Assembly: GCF_011065405.1 (NCBI RefSeq)
Contig: NZ_CP047056.1
Location: 432,747 to 456,746 of the forward strand
Origin: Succinivibrio dextrinosolvens
GTDB lineage: Bacteria > Pseudomonadota > Gammaproteobacteria > Enterobacterales > Succinivibrionaceae
Direction: 5' to 3'
Length of the DNA: 24,000 nucleotides
This document shows positions 8,425 through 16,452 of the stretch, in pieces; positions within the stretch are counted from its first letter, which is position 1, and the number at the start of each line of letters is the position of its first letter. The notes beneath the pieces are model-generated. The model worked only from the letters and a program-made list of their open reading frames with translations. It had not been told where the DNA came from and did not search any database. The translations under genes and the position numbers were made by a program.

Positions 8425-9720
8425 TTATCTGATCATCTTGAATATATTAGAATTTTTAATCTTGTCATCTAATTTATTCAATTCTTTTTCAATCTTTTCT
8501 CCTTTCAGATTAAGTTTATCTTCAAGCTTGATTTTCTCAATAAGGCCGTTGATAGCGGAGTTCTTGAGAAAATCTGAAGATAAGGAAAAATCTCCCAGCT
8601 GATACTGTCCATTTTTAATAACAAGATCTGTACCGTAATAACCGTTACCCTGCTCCTTTAGCAGGAAGCCTAAACCTTTAAGAGTATTGGTGCCGATATG
8701 CAGAACTCCATTCAGACTCTGAGGAAGAGTTGCATACTTGAATTTAAAGTTGCCGTTTGACTGGAAAGGAATATCAGCAGAGTTCTCGGAAAAAAGACGC
8801 TTAGCAAAGTTTCTTGAGAGAGAGAAATTGAATTTATCAATCTGTGCATCGCTAAGATCAGATAGAATTATATCTAGAGATTCATCTGCAGCATTCTTTT
8901 TGTACTTATCAGAAGATAAGATCTTATCAAGGTTAAAGGATGAAAAGGAGCCTTCAAAATCAAAGCGGCTAAGATGCTCGGTTACGCCCTGGCCTATAGC
9001 CTTTACATAAAGCTTGAAGATTCCATTCTCGTATTCATAGGTTCTGTATTCTCCTTCAAGATTATCTAAAACATACTTTTCATATCCAAGATTCTTACCG
9101 CTAAATTTACCCTTACCAAGAGAGGAAATTGAAATAAGTCCCTCAATATTACCCTTGTAGTTAAAGCTATCACATGAAAAAAGAGCAGGATTCTTAAAGT
9201 TGCTTACGGCTATAGTAGCCTCCGGATTAAACGAAGAATCAACATTTGAGATAAGCTTTAAGGAGAAATCCTTATAACGGTTCTTCTGATATTTTGAAGA
9301 GAGATCTGCGGTTGCTACAGCCTTTAATGAAAGGACATTAACATCAGCCTCGATCATACCGTTTGAAGTTTTAGTATCAAAAGAGGCTGGCAGCACAATA
9401 TTCTTGCGGGCAAGATTTGCCACAAGCTCATCAACGTTCAACTTTACATTGGCATGAAGAAATCCTGAGTAAATTGAGGTTGGGCAGACAGATTTGCCAA
9501 ACACAGGAGAATCAATTACATACTCTCCTTCACGGTTATAAAGTCCCGATGATTTTGAAATATAGCTTAGTTTTACTCCTTTTAACAGCTCTGCATCAGA
9601 AGATTCAATGTATTTTTGTGAATTAGCAAGATTTGATTCAATAAGCGAGCCAGTAATGTAGCAGATACCGATATACAGGACACAGACAAAAACCAAGAGA
9701 AATACTATAAATTTCTTCAT
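8425..9720 (-). CDS. YdgA-like (DUF945-family) exported/anchored protein, paralog 2
   Basis: N-terminal signal/anchor is MKKFIVFLLVFVCVLYIGICYITGSLIESNL. Composition and length class match the adjacent gene. A strong RBS GGAGGGGG sits upstream of the ATG. Confidence 0.6.
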   Translation of the reverse strand: MKKFIVFLLVFVCVLYIGICYITGSLIESNLANSQKYIESSDAELLKGVKLSYISKSSGLYNREGEYVIDSPVFGKSVCPTSIYSGFLHANVKLNVDELVANLARKNIVLPASFDTKTSNGMIEADVNVLSLKAVATADLSSKYQKNRYKDFSLKLISNVDSSFNPEATIAVSNFKNPALFSCDSFNYKGNIEGLISISSLGKGKFSGKNLGYEKYVLDNLEGEYRTYEYENGIFKLYVKAIGQGVTEHLSRFDFEGSFSSFNLDKILSSDKYKKNAADESLDIILSDLSDAQIDKFNFSLSRNFAKRLFSENSADIPFQSNGNFKFKYATLPQSLNGVLHIGTNTLKGLGFLLKEQGNGYYGTDLVIKNGQYQLGDFSLSSDFLKNSAINGLIEKIKLEDKLNLKGEKIEKELNKLDDKIKNSNIFKMIR

Positions 9721-9845
9721 AATCCCCCTCCAACCTGCTTTTATGCAGATTTTGGAAAACCTTATGTTTGAAATAATTGTTGTCTTCTGTGATTATATTT
9801 CTTACTCGTTGATAAAAAAAGAATTATATCTAAATTTAACGAAAT

Positions 9846-9901
9846 AAAAAAAACAGAGGACTGCGACAGAATCATCACAACTCATACCATACAGTCCTCT
9901 G
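9846..9901 (-). terminator. Strong terminator-like hairpin (10-bp stem, 28-nt loop) with a T8 tract on the minus strand, abutting the IS left end
   Basis: CAGAGGACTG (9854-9863) pairs with CAGTCCTCTG (9892-9901). A8 at 9846-9853 reads as T8 after the hairpin on the minus strand. No intact gene directly precedes it on that strand apart from the tnpA remnant. See findings. Confidence 0.55.
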
Positions 9902-9934
9902 ATGTGCTTTTTAAATGTTATTTATCAAGTAATA

Positions 9935-9978
9935 GGCACGCTAAAACCACGCAGTTTACTGCGGGGATAAAGCGTGCC
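9935..9978 (+). repeat. Subterminal nested hairpin of the IS left end
   Basis: Outer stem GGCACGCT/AGCGTGCC (8 bp) and inner stem CGCAG/CTGCG were read directly. The architecture parallels the hairpin at 3779-3823. Confidence 0.55.
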
Positions 9979-10004
9979 GATTAGAAAATGGATATTTTCT
10001 AATC
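9979..10004. other. Perfect 11-bp palindrome overlapping the tnpA stop codon
   Basis: GATTAGAAAAT-GGAT-ATTTTCTAATC was read directly. Its function is unknown; it could be a tnpA 3' stem-loop or part of the LE. Confidence 0.35.
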
Positions 10005-10275
10005 AGGTGTGTTCTGTTGTTCTATATATTGTCTAATAATAGAAATTGAGGCTCCTCCACAACTGCATGCAAAATAGGATGGTGACCAAAGAGCTTTTCC
10101 CCAAAGATTTTTTTGTATAGAGGGATAATTCTTTTTTCTGATCATTAGACTCGAATAGCTTTTGAGAGCTTGAACCAGTTTTGAGATTGCAACTTTTGGA
10201 GGATAACAGACTAGCAGATAGACATGCAAATTGTAAACACAATGTCGGCCGTGCAAAAATTCTGTTTTTTTTCAT
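9999..10275 (-). pseudogene. tnpA: Degenerate IS200/IS605 Y1 (HUH) transposase tnpA: internal deletion plus frameshift in an A8 run
   Basis: The C-terminal part YPPKVAISKLVQALKSYSSLMIRKK...LWGKALWSPSYFACSCGGASISIIRQYIEQQ matches the Y1_Tnp pattern (pP..S.S.lv..lKg.SS...LW..sYf..s.GG.....i..YIe.Q). The ATG at 10275 is in a different frame, across the A8 run at 10265-10272. Even with A8 changed to A7 the ORF is only about 91 codons, against about 130-155 for family members I recall. The HUH position reads HVY. Confidence 0.75.
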
Positions 10276-10326
10276 ATACTATCATCCTCAATTGTTAATA
10301 ATCTTGTTAGAGTCCTTTCATCGTAA

Positions 10327-11616
10327 ATGAATATCAACTGGAAACAGGCATACAAATATAGGTTAAGACCTAATGGCGCACAGCAGAGAAGATTACTTCA
10401 GCTCTGCGGCTCTGCCAGATATGCATGGAACGAGGTATTGGAAGGAAGAAATGAGGAATATAAGGAATATCTTGAAGACATCGAATCAGCCAAATGCTGG
10501 GGAGAAGATGTTTCTTTAGTACCAAAGCCAAGACCTATAAATAGATTTTCATTTACATATGATCTTAATAAACTGATGACAGAGGAAGAAAACAGCTTTC
10601 TCAAGACTCAGGGGCACTCTCAGGTGCTGCAGCAAAAGATGCAGGACTTGTATAGTGCTTTTAGCAGGTTCGTCAAAGGTAAAGGCGGATATCCTCAATT
10701 CAAGACCAAAAACGGATACAACTCTATAAGATTTCCTCAGGGCATAAATCTGGATGAGAAGAATAAGAGGATCTTTCTTCCAAAGACCGGTTTTGTAAGG
10801 TACAGAAAGTCCAGAGATATAGAGGGAGACATAAAGAACGTAACCGTCTCATTCTTTTCTGGAGAATGGTATGTATCTATACAGACTCAGAAAGAAATAG
10901 AAGTACCTGAGATAAATCTAAAAACCATGTTAGAGACTGAGGCGGATAATGCTTTGGGTATAGATATGGGCGCAGTACGCTTCTGCACCTTCTCTGACGG
11001 ACGTTATGAAGAGTCACTAAAGAGTAATGAGCTTACCCGTCTTGATGAAAAGATAGCTATTGTTCAGAGACAGCTCAAAAACAAAAAGAAAGGTTCTAAC
11101 AGAAGATTAAGACTTATAAAGAGAATTTCCAGACTTCATCAGAAGAAAGCCAATATTCGTAATGACAGTCATCAGAAGCTCAGCACACTGATTTGCAATA
11201 GCCACGCTATAGTTGTTGCTGAGGAGCTGAAGATCAAGAATATGACGAAAAGTGCAAAAGGAAGCCTGTTAAATCCTGGTAAGAATGTAAAAGCAAAGTC
11301 AGGACTTAACCGTTCAATTCTGTCTGAAGGCTGGGGACAATTCTTTAAGATGCTTGAATACAAGCAGAAAAAGAGAGGTCATATCTTTTTACAGCTTAAC
11401 CCAAAGAATACCAGCAGAACCTGTCCTAAATGCGGTCATGTCTCAAAAGACAATCGCAGAACTCAGGCTCATTTCTGCTGTACGAACTGTGGATATACAG
11501 CTAATGCAGATGAAAATGCAGCAGGAAATATCCTAAGGGCAGGACTGGCCCGGCTAGCACAGGAAGTGAACTCCAAAAGGAGTCAGCACTGTGACCCCTC
11601 TGAAGCTGAACAGTAA
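10327..11616 (+). CDS. tnpB: TnpB (IS200/IS605-family RNA-guided RuvC nuclease, OrfB)
   Basis: 429 aa. RuvC motifs are present: GIDMGA (D), VVAEELKIKNM (E) and ANADENAAGNI (D). Zinc ribbon CPKCG...CTNCG is present. By eye it shares roughly half of its positions with the TnpB at 2437-3717. Confidence 0.93.
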   Translation: MNINWKQAYKYRLRPNGAQQRRLLQLCGSARYAWNEVLEGRNEEYKEYLEDIESAKCWGEDVSLVPKPRPINRFSFTYDLNKLMTEEENSFLKTQGHSQVLQQKMQDLYSAFSRFVKGKGGYPQFKTKNGYNSIRFPQGINLDEKNKRIFLPKTGFVRYRKSRDIEGDIKNVTVSFFSGEWYVSIQTQKEIEVPEINLKTMLETEADNALGIDMGAVRFCTFSDGRYEESLKSNELTRLDEKIAIVQRQLKNKKKGSNRRLRLIKRISRLHQKKANIRNDSHQKLSTLICNSHAIVVAEELKIKNMTKSAKGSLLNPGKNVKAKSGLNRSILSEGWGQFFKMLEYKQKKRGHIFLQLNPKNTSRTCPKCGHVSKDNRRTQAHFCCTNCGYTANADENAAGNILRAGLARLAQEVNSKRSQHCDPSEAEQ

Positions 11617-11662
11617 TGTCAGCAGTAGGAATCCTCTTGCTTCAGCAAGAGGAGGATGTCAA
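11470..11662 (+). ncRNA. Candidate omega-RNA scaffold overlapping the tnpB 3' end and RE; 5' limit approximate
   Basis: Hairpins ACTCC-AAAA-GGAGT (11570-11583) and CCTCTTGC-TTCA-GCAAGAGG (11633-11652) are followed by AGGATGTCAA. The module is conserved with compensatory changes relative to the copy at 2368-2477. The adjacent 20 nt (11663-11682, CTACAGGAAAGCTCAATAAG) would be the guide. Confidence 0.5.
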
Positions 11663-12885
11663 CTACAGGAAAGCTCAATAAGCTTTAAGGTAACCTCACA
11701 TGATTTTTTAAAAGACGATAAAGGCAGAAATTCACAGTTACTGTGGAAATTAAATGCTCCAGTGAAGTAATTTGGAGTAACAATTCCTTTGGTGGATAGC
11801 TGAGAACCGTCTGTACCGCCTCTCATTGCATAGGTAACACTGTTTATTCCAAGCTCATCTAAAGCCTGATAAAGCATGGCTACAGGAGGGTCTTCTCGCT
11901 TAACGTTATTAGCAATATTCTCATAGGTATCAGTAATATCAAATGAGATTTCAGCCTTTGGATAACGTTTTTTTAGAATTTCAACCGCATCTCTGACGTA
12001 CTGCTTTCGCCATTCGTAGAGTTTTTTGTCGTGGTCACGGATCAGCATGCTCAAGTCACAGAAAAGTGGATCTGCATTCATGCCGCTAAACCACCAGTAC
12101 CCTTCCTTACCTTCTGTATGCTCAGGAGTCTGACCTCGGTCAAACATTGAAATAAAGTCATGAGCAACCAGAAGTGGATTTACAAGCACATTTTTAGCTG
12201 ACATAGGATGAGCACTTACACCTTTGATCCTTATTTTTACGGTACCGGCATTAAAAGTCTCATACACTATCTCACCAATACCTGAGCAGTCTATGGTATA
12301 TGCAAAGTCAACCTTGAACTTTTCAAGATCCATGCACTTTGAACCTAAAAGACCAATTTCCTCATCTGGAACAAAGGCTATCTTAAGTTCAGGATGTTTT
12401 ATGGAAGGATCATTTTTCAGAACTTCAAGCATAGTCATGATGTTGGCTATTGCAGATTTGTCATCAGCGCCCAAAACAGAAGTTCCATCAGAAAAAATAA
12501 TATCCTCTCCGGCAAAACTCCCAAGTTCAGGGTGCTCTGAGAGTTTTAAGACAATATTCTTCTCTTTGTTAAGAACAACATCTCCTCCATCATAATGAAT
12601 GATCTGAGGATGAATTATTGGACTTAAAGATACATTCACAGTATCTAAATGGGCTAAAAAACCAACCACTGGACCTTTGCAGTTACCTTTTAAAGTTCCG
12701 TAGACACAGCTGTGCTCATCTACAGATACAGAAGACACACCAAGGTCTTTAAGCTCATCTGCAAGCAAATTGGCAAGCTCAGTCTGCCCCTTTGAAGTTG
12801 GAACTGTTTTTACTGCAGCATCGGACTGTGAGGGAATCGCCACGTAACGAAAGAATCTGTCTGTAAGACTTTTTATAAGATCCAT
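11659..12885 (-). CDS. pepT: Peptidase T (tripeptide aminopeptidase, M20B)
   Basis: 408 aa. The N-terminus MDLIKSLTDRFFRYVAIPSQSD...VPTSKGQ resembles PepT. M20 metal-binding blocks AHLDTV, GADDKSAIA and VPDEEIGLLG are present. Confidence 0.9.
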   Translation of the reverse strand: MDLIKSLTDRFFRYVAIPSQSDAAVKTVPTSKGQTELANLLADELKDLGVSSVSVDEHSCVYGTLKGNCKGPVVGFLAHLDTVNVSLSPIIHPQIIHYDGGDVVLNKEKNIVLKLSEHPELGSFAGEDIIFSDGTSVLGADDKSAIANIMTMLEVLKNDPSIKHPELKIAFVPDEEIGLLGSKCMDLEKFKVDFAYTIDCSGIGEIVYETFNAGTVKIRIKGVSAHPMSAKNVLVNPLLVAHDFISMFDRGQTPEHTEGKEGYWWFSGMNADPLFCDLSMLIRDHDKKLYEWRKQYVRDAVEILKKRYPKAEISFDITDTYENIANNVKREDPPVAMLYQALDELGINSVTYAMRGGTDGSQLSTKGIVTPNYFTGAFNFHSNCEFLPLSSFKKSCEVTLKLIELSCS

Positions 12886-12894
12886 GAATTCTCC

Positions 12895-14466
12895 TTAATG
12901 CACCTGAGGGAACATAGTAGATGGATAGTCATAACCGCTCTGGAATCCAAGAGGTATACCAATGAACCAGTACATATACAGCACTACGGTAAGCACAAAC
13001 ATAAGAACAAAGGTATAAGGCAGCATCATTGAACTTAATGTTCCAACTCCTGCTTTCTTGCAGTAACGCTGACAGTATGAAATCAGTAGAGGATAGAAGG
13101 CAAACATAGGAGTACATACGTTTACAGCAGAATCAGATACCCTAAAGGCTGCCTGAGTGAGCTCCGGAGAAATTCCAAGCATCATCAGCATTGGTACAAA
13201 GATTGTTGATAGAATAGCCCACTTTGAGGTTGCAGAAGTAATTAAAAGGTTCAGACATCCGGTCAGGATAATAATACCTAAAAGAGTAATTCCAGATGGC
13301 AAGCCCATGCTCTTGAGAAACTCCGCACCAGAAATTGCAAGCAGAGAGCCAATGTTTGAGTGTCCGAACACATACAGGAACTGTCCTGCAAAGAAGCAGA
13401 ATACTATGAAGGAAATCAGCATATTCATGATATGTTCCATGGATTTAATCACATCATTAGCTTTCTTAAAGGTACCTGCATAGTAACCGAACACAATGCC
13501 AGGCAGTGAGAAGAAGATAAACAGCAGAGGAACCAGCCCCATCATAACAGGTGCCTTAGGAGAGGTTAAAGTACCGTCTGGAGCACGCATCATAGAGTTA
13601 TCTGGGTAGCATAGAACAAACAGGAAAGATAAAAGAGCTATCACTGTACCAATTGCAATCTTAAAAGCTCGGTTTTCTTCTGCACTTACAGGTGTTACTG
13701 CTAAAGTCTTATCCTCTTTAATATCAAGATCAAGAGGCATGGTCTGCATAAGTCTAGGTTCAATAATCCTGTCTGTTACAAACCAGACCGAAAGAATAAC
13801 AAAGATGGTTCCGCCTAAAGCGTAGAAATAGTTACACAGAACATTAACGGAATACTCTGGATCAATGATATGAGAGGCAGACTCTGTAAAGCTCTGCATA
13901 ACAGGATCGATTACTGAAGGAGTAAAACTTGCGGTGAAACCTCCGGCAAGCCCGGCAAAAGAACAAGCTATACCGGCTAAAGGATGACGGCCGCAGGAAT
14001 AGAACATCAGCGCAGAAACTGGCATCAGAATAGTATATGCACTGTCTGATACAAGATGACAGACAATAGAGATAAAAATAACAGTTGGAGTCAGTAGCTT
14101 TCTTGGAGTAACCGACAGGAACTTTTTAATCAGCACATTAACAAAGCCTGAGCCCTCTGCAATACCAATACCCAATGTTGCAACAATGGTAATACCTAAT
14201 GGAGGGAATCCCATGAAATTCTTGACTGAATTTACCACCAGATCCAGAAGATTAGCAGGAGCAAGCATATTTAAAATATGAATCTTCTCTTTGGATGTTG
14301 GATGTATGTAGTCAAAATCGATAAAAGAAAGAAGGAAAGAGATAAAAATCGTCAGAATCAGAGCATAAATAAATAGCATCGTAATGTGAGGAAGTTTATT
14401 TCCAAGTCTTTCGACACAGTTTAAAAACCGATTGAAGAGATTAGGCTGAGGGTGAAAATCTGTCAT
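12895..14466 (-). CDS. AbgT-family transporter (p-aminobenzoyl-glutamate/short-peptide transporter family)
   Basis: 523-aa polytopic membrane protein. The N-terminal VERLGNKLPH block resembles the E. coli AbgT N-terminus (VERIGNKVPHP). Its stop lies 9 nt upstream of the pepT start, implying an operon. Confidence 0.8.
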   Translation of the reverse strand: MTDFHPQPNLFNRFLNCVERLGNKLPHITMLFIYALILTIFISFLLSFIDFDYIHPTSKEKIHILNMLAPANLLDLVVNSVKNFMGFPPLGITIVATLGIGIAEGSGFVNVLIKKFLSVTPRKLLTPTVIFISIVCHLVSDSAYTILMPVSALMFYSCGRHPLAGIACSFAGLAGGFTASFTPSVIDPVMQSFTESASHIIDPEYSVNVLCNYFYALGGTIFVILSVWFVTDRIIEPRLMQTMPLDLDIKEDKTLAVTPVSAEENRAFKIAIGTVIALLSFLFVLCYPDNSMMRAPDGTLTSPKAPVMMGLVPLLFIFFSLPGIVFGYYAGTFKKANDVIKSMEHIMNMLISFIVFCFFAGQFLYVFGHSNIGSLLAISGAEFLKSMGLPSGITLLGIIILTGCLNLLITSATSKWAILSTIFVPMLMMLGISPELTQAAFRVSDSAVNVCTPMFAFYPLLISYCQRYCKKAGVGTLSSMMLPYTFVLMFVLTVVLYMYWFIGIPLGFQSGYDYPSTMFPQVH

Positions 14467-14752
14467 TTAATTACAGCTAAGATAGTATGGACTTCAAAGC
14501 TGTCTCCTTATATTGTTATGTTAATTTAATCTGAAATTCATAAAACAAATAAAACAAATGATGTAATTAGCAACAAAAGTATTATTTTTCAACGCCTTGT
14601 ATTAGCAACTATTTGAAATTAAAACTAATACATGATAATTATACTCTCGAAATTTTTGTCAATATCACTCACGTATTAATAGTGCGTTTTTTTTTAATTA
14701 CTTAGACCTGTACCCAAAAAAGAGCAGAAATGATTTGTTAGAATTGATAGGT

Positions 14753-14793
14753 TTAAAGAAAAAAAGTCAGAGAAAGGTCTCTGACAAAAAAAA
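14753..14793 (-). terminator. Rho-independent terminator downstream of eno
   Basis: GTCAGAGA-AAGG-TCTCTGAC (14766-14785) has an 8-bp perfect stem flanked by A-runs on the plus strand, which read as T-runs on the minus strand. It lies about 100 nt after the eno stop. Confidence 0.7.
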
Positions 14794-14893
14794 TGGAACC
14801 GAAGATATACACTTACCTGTTCAAAACACGGAAATTTTGAACATAAAGACTCAGGTATCAGAGTAAATCTGACACCCAAATCTCAAACCATAA

Positions 14894-16282
<1,389 letters not shown>

Positions 16283-16390
16283 CTAACTATATTGATATTT
16301 TTTCTCTAAAAAAGTGCAAGTTAGTTTTTTAATGGTATTAAAAAGGGGGGATATTAATCAGAAACGAGACCAGATGGATTATATAACTTA

Positions 16391-16425
16391 AAAAAGAAAA
16401 GCAGACCTTAAGATCTGCTTTTACA
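16391..16425 (-). terminator. Rho-independent terminator downstream of the FimV-like gene
   Basis: AAAAGCAGA (16397-16405) pairs with TCTGCTTTT (16417-16425). On the minus strand it is followed by TCTTTTTT. Confidence 0.55.
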
Positions 16426-16452
16426 AAATCATAGAGTATCGGTTATCAGATT

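Larger units (their letters stand above)
9916..11662 (+). mobile_element. IS200/IS605-family element, IS605-type (divergent tnpA remnant + tnpB); LE boundary approximate
   Basis: In order: LE motif TGTTATTTATC (9916-9926), LE nested hairpin (9935-9978), tnpA remnant, tnpB, RE hairpin (11633-11652), then 10 nt ending in TCAA (GTCAA 11658-11662). Confidence 0.8.

Noticed and set aside
10033-10275. An 80-aa minus-strand ORF starting MKKNRIFARPTLCL, as an independent gene
   Set aside because: It is the out-of-frame continuation of the tnpA start codon through the A8 run. Only its first few codons are likely ancestral, and the remainder overlaps the recognisable TnpA frame (9999-10256). It is treated as part of the tnpA pseudogene.
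14638-14662. Consensus TTGACA and TATAAT hexamers on the minus strand upstream of abgT
   Set aside because: The two hexamers are separated by only 13 nt by my count, well outside the 16-18 nt functional spacing. I do not call this a promoter, and the real abgT-pepT promoter remains unidentified.
14694-14879. A 61-aa ORF in the eno-abgT intergenic region
   Set aside because: It spans the eno terminator hairpin and T/A tracts, has no RBS, and its translation is low-complexity and Phe/Ser/Leu-rich as expected from AT-rich non-coding DNA.
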